64,000 nt of DNA from an uncultured beta proteobacterium (GCA_963827575.1 CAWHCG010000048.1:197018-261017); one strand, 5' to 3'. Shown: positions 10,818 to 20,494, counted from the stretch's first letter. Numbers and translations: made by a program. Notes: generated by a model from the sequence alone, not told the origin.

Positions 10818-11345
10818 GCGCAAAATTGTAGTGGCTCGCGCCTGCGCCGTATCGATCGCCTCGATCCGGCACGGCGCAAACGGTCAGCAAAAAAATTACG
10901 CGCGGCAGGCGGGCACGTTAGCGTGTCGCGCCGCCGCGCGGGTCGTGCGTGATTGGCCGTATGCCGACGCGTGGGGACGACGCGGCGTTCGACCAATCAG
11001 ACCAGAGTTCGAGCTGCCTCCAAGCCCGACCCCCAGCCTTTTCCCGACCATCAGGGAGACCGTCGAACTTGACGGCCCCAATGGGACGCGGCAGGTCTCC
11101 TCCCGTCCCTTCTTGTCCAGCCGCACAGGCGGTGGCGGCTCCCTCCCCCTCTCGCCTTTCGAGACCGCTGGGTCGTCTAGTCACACGCTGCCAATCATAC
11201 CCTGTCGGCAGTCGGCGACACACACAAATCTATCAAATTGTCAGGATCAGGTCCAGCGTAATGCGAAGGGCGGTCTCTTGCAACCCCGTTCGGAGATCGG
11301 CCAGACACCGGACTGGCATTGCCGGGCGACGCCAAGCTGCTGATA

Positions 11346-13037
11346 ATGTGGCCGACCCGGAGCAAGATCGTGGACGCAGAGCTTTTCACCTACCGCAAGG
11401 CGCCGGAGCTGGCCACCGGCAGGCCCGGCCGCTACCGTGTGGCGATCGTCGGGGCGGGTCCGGTCGGCCTGTGCATGGCGATCGACCTGGCCCAGCATGG
11501 GATCGACACCTTGCTGCTGGACCAGGACGACAAGGCCTCCGAGGGCAGCCGCGCCATCTGCTTTGCCAAACGCACCCTTGAAATCCTCGATCGGCTGGGC
11601 GTCGGGCAGCGCGCGGTCGACAAGGGCGTGGTCTGGAACGTGGGCAGGGTGTTCTTCCACGATCGCCAGCTCTACCAGTTCGACCTGCTGCCCGAGTCGG
11701 GCCACAAGCGCCCGGCGTTCATCAACCTGCAGCAGTACTATCTCGAGGGCTTTCTGGTCGACCGGCTGCTGCGCACGGGCCGCGTCGATCTGCGCTGGCG
11801 CAGCCGGGTGGCCGCCGCCGCCCCCCGCGCGGATGGCGTCTCGGTCAGCGTGAGCAGTCCGGACGGCGAGTACCTGCTGGAATGCGACTATCTGATCGCG
11901 GCCGACGGCTCGCGCAGCGCAATCCGCACGATGCTCGGACTGGAGGCGAAGGGTCAGGTGTTCCGCGATCGCTTCCTGATCGCCGATGTCAGGATGCAGG
12001 CGCCGTTTCCTACCGAGCGCTGGTTCTGGTTCGACCCGCCCTTTCATCCCAACCAGTCGGTGCTGCTGCACCGTCAGGCTGACGACGTCTGGCGCATCGA
12101 CTTCCAGCTCGGCTGGGACGCCGATCCCGAGGCCGAGAGGCGGCCCGAGCGGGTCATCCCGCGTATCCAGGCGATGCTGGGGCCCGGCCATCCCTTCGAG
12201 CTGGCCTGGGTCAGCGTCTACACCTTCCGCTGCCAGCGCATGGAGCGCTTTCGCCACGGGCGCGTGTTCTTCATCGGCGACTCCGCGCACCAGGTCTCTC
12301 CCTTCGGGGCGCGCGGCGCGAACAGCGGCATCCAGGACGCCGACAATCTCGCCTGGAAGCTGGCGCTGGTACTCGAAGGCCTGGCCGGCGATGCGCTGCT
12401 GGACAGCTACGATGCCGAGCGCATCCCGGCAGCCGATGAGAACATCCTGAACTCCACTCGCAGCACGGATTTCATCACGCCCAAAAGCGCCGTCAGCCGC
12501 ACGTTCCGCGACGCGACGTTGCAGCTGGCCGAAAAATGTACCTTCGCACGCAAGCTGGTGAACAGCGGGCGCCTGTCCCTGCCGCACGCTTACCGTCACT
12601 CGCCGCTCGACACGCCGGACCGCGACAGCTTCGCGGGCCGCATGACGCCGGGTGCGCCCGCACTCGATGCCCCGCTCGGCCAGACCTGGTTGCTGGACCT
12701 GCTGGGTGGCCCGTTCGCGGCCGTGTATTACCTGGACGGGCAACGGCCGCCGCCGGCGGATCTCATCGAAGGGCTGAAGAGCGAGCCGATAGCGGTCGAG
12801 CCGATCGTCGTCTGCGCTGCGGGCGGCGCACCGCCTGTGGGGCTGCCGCCTGATGTTCCGGTCTTCGTCGACACCGAAGGATTGTTTGCGCAGCGCTACG
12901 ACGCGGCCCCCAGCTCGCTGTATCTGTTCCGGCCCGATCAGCACCTGACCGCGCGCTGGCGACACCTCGATCTCAACGCGGTGCGCTCGGCGGTAGCGCG
13001 CGCGGCCTGCCTGCGCGCAGCGGAGGCGGCCGCGTGA
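11346..13037 (+). CDS. FAD-dependent aromatic-ring monooxygenase (MhpA/PheA-TfdB-like)
   Basis: YRVAIVGAGPVGLCMAIDLAQHGIDTLLLD (GxGxxG), FFIGDSAHQVSPFGARGANSGIQDADNLAWKL (DG/GD motifs). Start codon uncertain (11319 TTG, 11346 ATG). Confidence 0.8.
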   Translation: MWPTRSKIVDAELFTYRKAPELATGRPGRYRVAIVGAGPVGLCMAIDLAQHGIDTLLLDQDDKASEGSRAICFAKRTLEILDRLGVGQRAVDKGVVWNVGRVFFHDRQLYQFDLLPESGHKRPAFINLQQYYLEGFLVDRLLRTGRVDLRWRSRVAAAAPRADGVSVSVSSPDGEYLLECDYLIAADGSRSAIRTMLGLEAKGQVFRDRFLIADVRMQAPFPTERWFWFDPPFHPNQSVLLHRQADDVWRIDFQLGWDADPEAERRPERVIPRIQAMLGPGHPFELAWVSVYTFRCQRMERFRHGRVFFIGDSAHQVSPFGARGANSGIQDADNLAWKLALVLEGLAGDALLDSYDAERIPAADENILNSTRSTDFITPKSAVSRTFRDATLQLAEKCTFARKLVNSGRLSLPHAYRHSPLDTPDRDSFAGRMTPGAPALDAPLGQTWLLDLLGGPFAAVYYLDGQRPPPADLIEGLKSEPIAVEPIVVCAAGGAPPVGLPPDVPVFVDTEGLFAQRYDAAPSSLYLFRPDQHLTARWRHLDLNAVRSAVARAACLRAAEAAA

Positions 13038-13231
13038 GCGCGCATCTGCATATCGAGCCGCGCATCCCCGCGCCGGATGACTTCTACGAAGCTCTGATCG
13101 AAGCGCATCGCGGCCTGAGCGACGCGCAAAGCCAGGCCCTCAACGCGCGCCTCATCCTCCTCCTCGCCAATCACATCGGCGATCTGGAGGTGCTGCGCGA
13201 GGCACTGGCGCTGGCCCGCGACGTTCCCTGA
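13034..13231 (+). CDS. DUF2783 domain protein
   Basis: 65 aa, PDDFYEALIEAHRGLSDAQSQALNARLILLLANHIGD, the pattern I recall for DUF2783. The GTG overlaps the monooxygenase stop (GTGA). Confidence 0.7.
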   Translation: MSAHLHIEPRIPAPDDFYEALIEAHRGLSDAQSQALNARLILLLANHIGDLEVLREALALARDVP

Positions 13232-13275
13232 CCCGGCTGGTGCTTGTGTTCGCTGCGGTTTCCACTTATTATTGA

Positions 13276-13291
13276 TTGACCGGTCGGTCAA
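13276..13291. promoter_or_regulatory. candidate TetR(PaaR)-type operator upstream of paaG
   Basis: TTGACCG GT CGGTCAA: perfect 7+7 inverted repeat with a 2-nt centre, 52 nt upstream of the paaG ATG in an AT-richer patch (ttattattgattgacc). Confidence 0.45.
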
Positions 13292-13342
13292 CGAATTGAC
13301 AGGCGCCGCCACCATCGGCGGTTCACCTCGGAGCACACGCGG

Positions 13343-14140
13343 ATGGCGCGAACGTTTCAGAGCATCGTCTTGGACGTGGCCGATGATGTAGCCACGCTCA
13401 CGCTCAACCGCCCCGAGCGGCTGAACAGCTTCACCGAAGCGATGCACGCCGAGGTGAGAGAAGCGCTCGAGCAGGTAGGCGGCGAGCGCTCCATCCGCGC
13501 CCTGATCCTTACCGGCGCGGGGCGCGGGTTTTGTGCCGGGCAGGACCTCACCGACCGCCAGGTCGCAGCGGGCGATGGGCCGCGCGACCTCGGCGCCTCG
13601 CTGGAAGCGAACTACAATCCGCTGGTCCGGACGCTGCGCACGCTGCCAATCCCGGTCGTCTGCGCGGTGAACGGCGTTGCCGCAGGGGCAGGAGCAAGCC
13701 TGGCGCTGACCTGCGACGTCGTCATCGCGGCGCGTTCCGCCAGTTTCATCCAGGCCTTCTGCAAGCTCGGCCTTGTCCCGGATGCGGGCGGCACCTATTT
13801 CCTGACGCGCGCGCTCGGCGCGCCGCGAGCTCTGGGTCTGGCGTTGTTCGGCGACCGGCTTGCGGCCGAGCAGGCGGAGGCCTGGGGGCTGATCTGGAAA
13901 TGCGTGGACGACACCGAACTGCATCCCACCGCCCGCAAAGTGGCAGAGCGGCTCGCAAGCGGTCCGACGCAGGGATTCGCCCGCATCAAGCAGGCGATTT
14001 ACGCGGCCGAGAAGCACGCGCTCGACGCCCAGCTCGACCTCGAACGCGACCTGCAGCGCGAGCTGGGTCGCACCCACGACTATCGAGAGGGGGTCAGCGC
14101 CTTCATGGAAAAGCGTGCGCCCGCATTCAGAGGAGAATGA
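13343..14140 (+). CDS. paaG: enoyl-CoA hydratase/isomerase family, PaaG-like (1,2-epoxyphenylacetyl-CoA isomerase)
   Basis: VATLTLNRPERLNSF..LILTGAGRGFCAGQDL..crotonase fold motifs. Position at the head of the paa operon. Confidence 0.8.
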   Translation: MARTFQSIVLDVADDVATLTLNRPERLNSFTEAMHAEVREALEQVGGERSIRALILTGAGRGFCAGQDLTDRQVAAGDGPRDLGASLEANYNPLVRTLRTLPIPVVCAVNGVAAGAGASLALTCDVVIAARSASFIQAFCKLGLVPDAGGTYFLTRALGAPRALGLALFGDRLAAEQAEAWGLIWKCVDDTELHPTARKVAERLASGPTQGFARIKQAIYAAEKHALDAQLDLERDLQRELGRTHDYREGVSAFMEKRAPAFRGE

Positions 14141-14144
14141 GCGC

Positions 14145-14588
14145 ATGGATCGGCCCGTCCTCGACCCGCAAGCCATCGCCGAGCGCGTGGGCGCCGGCAT
14201 GCTCGCCGAGGACGCTGCTTCGCGCGGGCTGGGCATGCAGATCGAAGCCATGGGGCCGGGCTATGCACGCCTGAGCATGACGGTGCGGCCGGACATGCTC
14301 AACGGATTCAAGATCTGCCACGGCGGCTACATCACCTTGCTGGCGGATTCGGGCTTCGCTTTTGCCTGCAACAGCTACAACGAGCTGACGCTCGCGGCGG
14401 GGATCGTGGTCGATTTCATCGCCCCGGCCCGCGTAGACGATGTGCTCACCGCCGAGGCGAAAGAGGTCACGCTGTCAGGACGCACCGGCGTCTACGACGT
14501 GGCGGTCACCAATCAGCGCGGCGATATCATCGCCGTGCTGCGCGGCCGCTCGCATCGCGTGAAGGACAAGCAGGTCGTGCCACTATGA
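14145..14588 (+). CDS. paaI: hydroxyphenylacetyl-CoA thioesterase PaaI
   Basis: LGMQIEAMGPGYARLSMTVRPDMLNGFKICHGGYITLLADSGFAFACN, a hotdog-fold PaaI pattern. An AGGAGAA RBS lies 8 nt upstream of the ATG. Confidence 0.8.
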   Translation: MDRPVLDPQAIAERVGAGMLAEDAASRGLGMQIEAMGPGYARLSMTVRPDMLNGFKICHGGYITLLADSGFAFACNSYNELTLAAGIVVDFIAPARVDDVLTAEAKEVTLSGRTGVYDVAVTNQRGDIIAVLRGRSHRVKDKQVVPL

Positions 14589-14638
14589 GCTGTGATCGGT
14601 GCACTTCTGCACTTCACGTGTCGCGCCATCGGTGCATT

Positions 14639-14691
14639 GGTTTCCTTGGCGTCCTTGGCGTCCTCATCGGGTCGGGCCTTGGCGGTGAGAG
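14639..14691. repeat. solitary right arm of a composite hairpin element (CCTTGGCGT units)
   Basis: ggtttccttggcgtccttggcgtcctcatcgggtcgggccttggcggtgagagc, with the usual inner GTTTCCT and outer GGCGGTGAGAG ends. No matching left arm was found between the paaI stop and this arm. Confidence 0.7.
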
Positions 14692-14732
14692 CTTGGCTTT
14701 AGCTTTGGCTTAGCCCGACCCGGAACAGCCCG

Positions 14733-16044
14733 ATGACCGTGCGCGCCCCCTCCCCCGCCGACCTGGAGCCGATCGAGCGCGCCAGCGAGGACGAGCTGCG
14801 CGCGCTGCAGCTGCAGCGTTTGAAATGGAGCGTTCGGCATGCGTACGACAACGTGCCGCACTATCGTGCGAAATTCGCGGCGCACGGCGTGCACCCGGAC
14901 GAGCTGAAAGCGCTCGAAGATCTGAGCAGGTTTCCTTTCACCACCAAGCAGGACCTGCGCGACAACTACCCGTTCGGGATGTTCGCGGTACCGCGCGAGA
15001 AAGTGGTGCGCATCCACGCGTCCAGCGGCACGACGGGCAAGCCCACCGTAGTCGGGCTACACCCGCAAGGACGTGGACACCTGGGCGGATCTGGTCGCAC
15101 GCTCGATCCGCGCCTCGGGCGGCCGCGCCGGCGACATCGTGCACGTGGCGTACGGATACGGCTTGTTCACCGGCGGCCTGGGGGCGCACTACGGCGCCGA
15201 GCGCCTGGGGTGCACCGTGATCCCCATGTCCGGCGGGCAGACCGAGAAGCAGGTCCAGCTCATCCAGGACTTCCGGCCCACCATCATCATGGTGACTCCC
15301 TCCTACATGCTTGCGCTCATCGACGAGATGGACAAGCAGGGCATCGACCCCGTCGCCTGCTCGCTCGAGGTCGGGATCTTCGGCGCCGAGCCCTGGACCC
15401 CTGCCATGCGCGTGGCGATCGAGCAGCGCGCCGGCCTCGATGCCGTCGATATCTACGGCCTTTCGGAGGTCATGGGCCCGGGCGTGGCCAACGAGTGCAT
15501 CGAGAGCAAGGACGGGCCGGTCGTCTGGGAAGACCATTTCTATCCGGAGATCATCGATCCGTACACCGGCAAGGTGCTGGCCGACGGCTCGCCAGGCGAG
15601 CTGGTGTTCACCTCGCTGACCAAAGAGGCGCTGCCGGTGATCCGCTACCGCACGCGCGATCTCACCAGCCTGCTGCCGCCGACTGCCCGCTCGATGCGGC
15701 GCATCGACAAGATCACCGGCCGCTCGGACGACATGCTGATCATCCGCGGCGTCAACGTCTTCCCCTCCCAGATCGAAGAGCTGATCTGCAGGACACCGGC
15801 CCTGGCGCCGCACTACCTGCTGCTCGTCGACAAGGAAGGCCACCTCGACACGCTCACGGTGCGCGTCGAGCTGCGGCAGGAGATGCGCTATGCCGACCGC
15901 GACACCGTTGCGGGCGAACTGCAGCATCACATCAAGAGCTATGTCGGAGTGTCCAGCCAGATCGAAGTGGTGGCGCCCTACGAGATCGAGCGCGTCACCG
16001 TGGGCAAGGCCAAGCGCGTGGTCGACCGCCGGCCTAAGGCCTAA
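14733..16044 (+). pseudogene. paaK: phenylacetate-CoA ligase PaaK, one frame break
   Basis: ORF 14733 gives ..[20 protein letters not shown] 15073 continues [35 protein letters not shown].. Together they form a full-length PaaK. There is an extra G in the GGG run at 15054-15056. Confidence 0.85.
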
Positions 16045-16048
16045 ACCG

Positions 16049-16202
16049 TTGAACCGCAGAGGCGCGGAGGCGCAGAGGTAGGAACTTAGAGGATGAAGGA
16101 TGGCAACCCCGGGTCTTCCCCGCTGGTCGATTGGGAGAAGGCGCACGACCGTATCAATGCTCTGGGTTGATTCCTCTGCGCCTCTGCGCCTCTGCGGTTC
16201 AA
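16049..16202. repeat. composite hairpin element (GCAGAGGCG units), paaK-paaA gap
   Basis: Left arm ttgaACCGCagaggcgcggaggcgcagaggtaggaac. Right arm gttgattcctctgcgcctctgcgcctctGCGGTtcaa. Spacer ~80 nt. Confidence 0.85.
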
Positions 16203-16225
16203 AATTGTCGAGGGGGTAGGAAACG

Positions 16226-17239
16226 ATGTACACACAAGCGATTGACCTGCCGAACCAGCAGCCAGACGAGCAGAAGCCGGGCCCGAAGACGCTCGAGAAT
16301 CCCGACTACCAAGCCGAGTTCGACGCCAGGCTGGCGCGCGGCGAGTTCATCGAGCCGAAGGACTGGATGCCGGAGGCGTACCGCAAGACCCTGGTCCGGC
16401 AGATCTCCCAGCACGCCCACTCCGAGATCGTGGGGATGCTGCCGGAAGGAAACTGGATCACTCGCGCGCCGACCCTCAAGCGCAAGGCCATTCTGCTCGC
16501 CAAGGTGCAAGACGAAGGCGGTCACGGCTTGTACTTGTACGCGGCCGCCGAGACCCTCGGGGTGTCGCGGGACGCGCTGATCGAGGCCTTGCACACCGGC
16601 AAGGCCAAGTATTCGTCCATCTTCAACTACCCTGCGCTCACCTGGGCCGACATCGGCGTGATCGGCTGGCTGGTGGACGGTGCGGCGATCATGAACCAGA
16701 TCCCGCTCACGCGCTGCTCGTATGGCCCCTATGCGCGCGCCATGATCCGTGTCTGCAAGGAAGAGAGCTTCCACCAGCGCCAGGGCTTCGACCTGCTGCT
16801 GACCATGATGCGCGGCAGCCAGGCGCAGCGCGCCATGGTGCAGGACGCAGTCGACCGCTGGTGGTGGCCGGCGCTGATGATGTTCGGTCCGCACGACCAG
16901 GACTCCCTGCACGGGACGCAGAGCAGCCAATGGGGCATCAAGCGCATATCCAACGACGACTTGCGCCAGAAGTTCGTCGACGCGACCGCGCCGCAGGCCC
17001 AGGTGCTCGGCGTCACCCTGCCCGATCCGCATTTGAAGTGGAGCGAGGCGCGCGGGCACTGGGACTTCGGCGAGATCGACTGGTCCGAGTTCTGGGCGGT
17101 GGTGAACGGCCATGGCCCGTGCAACCGTGAGCGCCTGGCCGAGCGGGTGAAGGCCCACGAGGACGGCGCCTGGGTGCGCGAGGCGGCCCTCGCTTACGCG
17201 GCCAAGCAGGCGGCGCGTACCGAGGTACTTGATGTCTAG
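16226..17239 (+). CDS. paaA: 1,2-phenylacetyl-CoA epoxidase subunit A
   Basis: [43 protein letters not shown], di-iron ligand motifs typical of PaaA. 337 aa. Confidence 0.9.
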   Translation: MYTQAIDLPNQQPDEQKPGPKTLENPDYQAEFDARLARGEFIEPKDWMPEAYRKTLVRQISQHAHSEIVGMLPEGNWITRAPTLKRKAILLAKVQDEGGHGLYLYAAAETLGVSRDALIEALHTGKAKYSSIFNYPALTWADIGVIGWLVDGAAIMNQIPLTRCSYGPYARAMIRVCKEESFHQRQGFDLLLTMMRGSQAQRAMVQDAVDRWWWPALMMFGPHDQDSLHGTQSSQWGIKRISNDDLRQKFVDATAPQAQVLGVTLPDPHLKWSEARGHWDFGEIDWSEFWAVVNGHGPCNRERLAERVKAHEDGAWVREAALAYAAKQAARTEVLDV

Positions 17240-17247
17240 CGGAACAC

Positions 17248-17415
17248 GCTCTCACCGCCAAGGACGCAAAGGACGCCAGAGGAAACACCGATCTTGAATA
17301 CCCAGCGCCGAGGTAGCTCGCCTGGACGACCGGCCAATTGCGTCATCAGCCATTGGACGAACGCAGTCCGCTCCCTGGCTTTCCTTGGCGTCCTTTGCGT
17401 CCTTGGCGGTGAGAG
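17248..17415. repeat. composite hairpin element (CCAAGGACG units), paaA-paaB gap
   Basis: Left arm gctctcACCGCcaaggacgcaaaggacgccagaggaaac. Right arm ctttccttggcgtcctttgcgtccttgGCGGTgagag. The arms are near-perfect complements and the spacer is ~92 nt. Confidence 0.9.
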
Positions 17416-17451
17416 GTCTGGTTTGGTTGATCGAGATCCGGGGAGCAGCTG

Positions 17452-17739
17452 ATGGATAGGAAAGAATGGCCGCTGTGGGAAGTGTTCATCCGCAGCAAGA
17501 GCGGTCTGGACCACAAGCACTGCGGCAGCCTGCACGCGCCCGACGCGAAGCTGGCGCTGCAGAACGCCCGCGACATCTACACGCGCCGGCTGGAAGGCGT
17601 GAGCATCTGGGTGGTGCGCGCGGATCACATCCACGCCTCCGACCCGGACGCCAAGCCCGAGCTGTTCGATCCGGCGGAGGACAAGATCTACCGGCATCCG
17701 ACCTTCTACAAGCTGCCGGATGAAGTGGATCACATGTGA
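17452..17739 (+). CDS. paaB: 1,2-phenylacetyl-CoA epoxidase subunit B
   Basis: 95 aa, WPLWEVFIRSKSGLDHKHCGSLHAPD..ARDIYTRR..IWVV, the typical PaaB pattern. Confidence 0.9.
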   Translation: MDRKEWPLWEVFIRSKSGLDHKHCGSLHAPDAKLALQNARDIYTRRLEGVSIWVVRADHIHASDPDAKPELFDPAEDKIYRHPTFYKLPDEVDHM

Positions 17740-17788
17740 GGGGTGAGGGGCTAGGGGCTGGGGAACTACGTTACTCTGGGCAATCGCG

Positions 17789-18542
17789 ATGTCAACGACT
17801 CACTTCGACTACGTTATCCGTCTTGCGGACAGCCCGCTGATCCTCGGCCAGCGCTTGTCCGAATGGTGCGGGCACGGCCCGGTCCTGGAAGAGGATCTCG
17901 CGCTGGCCAATGTCGCGCTCGATCTGATCGGCCAGGCCCGGCTGCTGCTCGCCCATGCCGGCGGGCTCGAGGGCAGAGGGCACGACGAGGATCAGCTCGC
18001 CTTCCTGCGCGCGGAGTCCAGACTATCGCAACTTCACGTTGGTGGAACTGCCCAACGGCGACTTCGGCACGACGGTGGTACGCAACCTCCTGTTCAGCGC
18101 CTACCAGTCGCATTTGTGGGAAGACCTGCAACGGTCCGCCGACCACGCGCTTGCGGCGATCGCGGGCAAGAGCATCAAGGAGGTGCGGTACCATCTGCGC
18201 CACGCGGCCGACTGGACGATACGCCTTGGCGATGGTACCGAGGAGTCGCACGCGCGCGTACAATCCGCGCTCGATCAACTATGGCCGTACACCGCCGAGT
18301 TCTTCGCGCCCGATGCGGTGGACCAGGCGGCGGCAGCCGACGGCTACGGCGTGGCGGTCGCGCCCCTTCAACCGCGCTGGGACGCAACGGTGGGGCCGGT
18401 CCTGGAGGAGGCGACGCTGCGTGTCCCGGAGCGCACGCCGTTTCGCTCCCATGGCAAGCATGGTGTGCACAGCGAGCACATGGGGCATCTCCTGACCGAG
18501 ATGCAGTATATGCAGCGCACCTATCCAGCTTCGCAATGGTGA
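17789..18542 (+). pseudogene. paaC: 1,2-phenylacetyl-CoA epoxidase subunit C, one frame break
   Basis: ORF 17789 gives YVIRLADSPLILGQRLSEWCGHGPVLEEDLALANVALDLIGQAR..LAFLRAE. The frame of ORF 17955 continues (P)DYRNFTLVELPNGDF..VRYHLRHAADW. A 1-nt insertion lies at ~18017-18021. Confidence 0.8.
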
Positions 18543-18549
18543 GGCAGCG

Positions 18550-19035
18550 GTGCTGACGCCGGCGGAGGCCTGGGATGCACTGCGTGCGGTGCCAGACCCG
18601 GAGATCCCGGTAATCTCGGTATGCGAGCTCGGAATCGTCCGCGAGGTGCGCGCCGACGGCGACGCGCTTACCGTCGTAGTCACACCTACCTACTCGGGTT
18701 GCCCGGCGACCGAAATGATCGCGACGTCCATTTGCGACGCGTTGCGGCAAGCCGGTGCGCGGCGCGTGGAGATCGAGACCCGGCTGTCGCCTGCCTGGAC
18801 CACGGACTGGATCGCGCCCGAGGCGGCCGAGAAGCTGCGGGCCTACGGCATCGTGCCCCCGGGCGCGGCGCCGCCAGATGGACCGCGCCCGCTGCGGTTC
18901 GTCCCGCGCCTCGTCTGCCCGCGCTGCACCTCGCGGCACACCGAACGGCTGTCGGAGTTCGGCTCCACCGCGTGCAAGGCGATGTATCGGTGCCTCGACT
19001 GCCGCGAGCCTTTCGAGTATTTCAAGCCGATCTGA
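18550..19035 (+). CDS. paaD: phenylacetate degradation protein PaaD (PaaJ in alternative nomenclature)
   Basis: VPDPEIPVISVCELGIVREV..TPTYSGCPA and a C-terminal CPRC..CLDC zinc-ribbon-like pair. GTG start. Confidence 0.85.
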   Translation: MLTPAEAWDALRAVPDPEIPVISVCELGIVREVRADGDALTVVVTPTYSGCPATEMIATSICDALRQAGARRVEIETRLSPAWTTDWIAPEAAEKLRAYGIVPPGAAPPDGPRPLRFVPRLVCPRCTSRHTERLSEFGSTACKAMYRCLDCREPFEYFKPI

Positions 19036-19044
19036 GACCAACCG

Positions 19045-19236
19045 CATTCACCGCAGAGGACGCAGAGGAATGCACAGACGAAAATGATCTGTCCCTGCAA
19101 GCAGCGAATTGCGAGCACGCTGAGCGGAGCCGCAGCAAAGAGAGCACCGCTAAGCCCGGCTCCCCCCGGACGAACGCTTGGTTCTGTCGCGCATTCCTCT
19201 GCGTTCCTCCGCGTCCTCTGTGCGTCCTCTGCGGTT
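19045..19236. repeat. composite hairpin element (GCAGAGGAC units), paaD-paaE gap
   Basis: Left arm gcattcACCGCagaggacgcagaggaatgc. Right arm gcattcctctgcgttcctccgcgtcctctgtgcgtcctctGCGGTt. Spacer ~116 nt. Confidence 0.85.
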
Positions 19237-19250
19237 ATCGAGTTTGAGAC

Positions 19251-20318
19251 GTGACACCAAGATTTCACACCTTGCGCATAGCCGAAGTGCGCCGCGAGAC
19301 CCCCGAAGCGGTGAGCCTGCGCTTCGAGGTGCCACGCGAGCTGGCGCCGGACTATGCTTTCACCCAAGGCCAGCACATCACGTTGCGCGCACGCCTCGAC
19401 GGCGAGGAGCTGCGGCGTTCCTATTCGATCTGCGCCGGGGTCGACGACGCGGAGCTGCGGGTGGCGATCAAGAAGGTGCCGGGCGGCATGTTCTCCACTT
19501 ACGCGAACACGAGCCTCAAGCGCGGGGACGCCATCGACGTGCTCACGCCGGAGGGGCGATTTCACACTGCACTCGACGCTGCCAGCCGCAAACACTACGT
19601 AGCCTTCGCAGCCGGCAGCGGCATCACCCCGGTGCTCTCGCTCATCAAGACCACCCTCAAGCGCGAACCACGCAGCCGTTTCACGCTGCTGTACGGCAAC
19701 CGCCGCGTGTCGACCGCGATGTTCCAGGAAGAGCTGGAGGACTTGAAGGATCGCTATCTCGACCGGCTGATCCTCTATAACCTGTTCAGTCGCGAGCATC
19801 AGGAAGTGGAGCTGTTCAACGGCCGCCTCGACGGCGGCAAATTGAAGGCCTTCGCCGGCGCGCTGCTGCCGGTGGATACGATCGACGAAGCCTTCGTCTG
19901 CGGTCCCGGCGCCATGCTCGACGAGCTCGAGCGTGCGCTGCGCGAGCTGGGCATGCCCCCCGAGCACATCCATCTGGAGCGGTTCGGGGTGCCCGGCAGC
20001 GAGACGGCGCATCACGTGGAGCCTGGAGATGCGGCGCAGGCGCACGTCACCATCATCCTCGACGGCGGCCGCCGGGAGGTCGAGTTCCATCGGGACGATG
20101 CCTCGCTTCTGGAGGCTGCGCTGCGCGACGGTCTCGATCTGCCCTACTCGTGCAAGGGCGGCATGTGCTGCACCTGCCGGGCCAGAGTCCTGGAAGGCAA
20201 AGTGCGTATGGACAAGAACTACAGCCTGGAGCAGCGCGACCTCGACGCCGGCTTCGTGCTGGCGTGCCAGGCGCATCCGCTCACCGACCGCGTCGTTCTC
20301 AGCTACGACGAGCGCTAG
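19251..20318 (+). CDS. paaE: 1,2-phenylacetyl-CoA epoxidase reductase subunit (FNR-like + plant-type 2Fe-2S)
   Basis: FHTLRIAEVRRET..RSYSIC (FAD-binding RxYS), GSGITP (NAD binding), C-terminal CKGGMCCTCRARVLEG..LACQA 2Fe-2S motif. Confidence 0.85.
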   Translation: MTPRFHTLRIAEVRRETPEAVSLRFEVPRELAPDYAFTQGQHITLRARLDGEELRRSYSICAGVDDAELRVAIKKVPGGMFSTYANTSLKRGDAIDVLTPEGRFHTALDAASRKHYVAFAAGSGITPVLSLIKTTLKREPRSRFTLLYGNRRVSTAMFQEELEDLKDRYLDRLILYNLFSREHQEVELFNGRLDGGKLKAFAGALLPVDTIDEAFVCGPGAMLDELERALRELGMPPEHIHLERFGVPGSETAHHVEPGDAAQAHVTIILDGGRREVEFHRDDASLLEAALRDGLDLPYSCKGGMCCTCRARVLEGKVRMDKNYSLEQRDLDAGFVLACQAHPLTDRVVLSYDER

Positions 20319-20322
20319 AGAA

Positions 20323-20476
20323 GCGCTCACCGCCAAGGACGCAAAGGACGCCAAGGAAGACGACAGACATGCGTGACCTCGAATCCCACCGCTTGTGTCT
20401 ACCAAGTGGTCCGTTCCACTGCCGCAGACGTTTTTCGTTCTTCCTTGGCGCCCTTGGCGTCCTTGGCGGTGAAAGG
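20323..20476. repeat. composite hairpin element (CCAAGGACG units), paaE-TetR gap
   Basis: Left arm gcgctcACCGCcaaggacgcaaaggacgccaaggaagac. Right arm gttcttccttggcgcccttggcgtccttgGCGGTgaaagg. Spacer ~75 nt. Confidence 0.9.
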
Positions 20477-20494
20477 TTTCGGCAGTAAATAGCC

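Noticed and set aside
10818-11345. Possible ncRNA, riboswitch or retron-like element in the 500-nt gap upstream of the WYL regulator
   Set aside because: I saw only short stems (6 bp) and a 6-nt direct repeat. There was no extended conserved-looking structure, no terminator and no recognisable riboswitch core. It is kept only as context in the WYL finding.
11247-12965. 572-aa minus-strand ORF
   Set aside because: It is the mirror of the FAD monooxygenase gene. The plus-strand frame has the GxGxxG and DG/GD motifs and the minus-strand frame has none.
18843-20405. 520-aa minus-strand ORF
   Set aside because: It is antisense to paaD/paaE and runs through two repeat elements. It has no domain signal.
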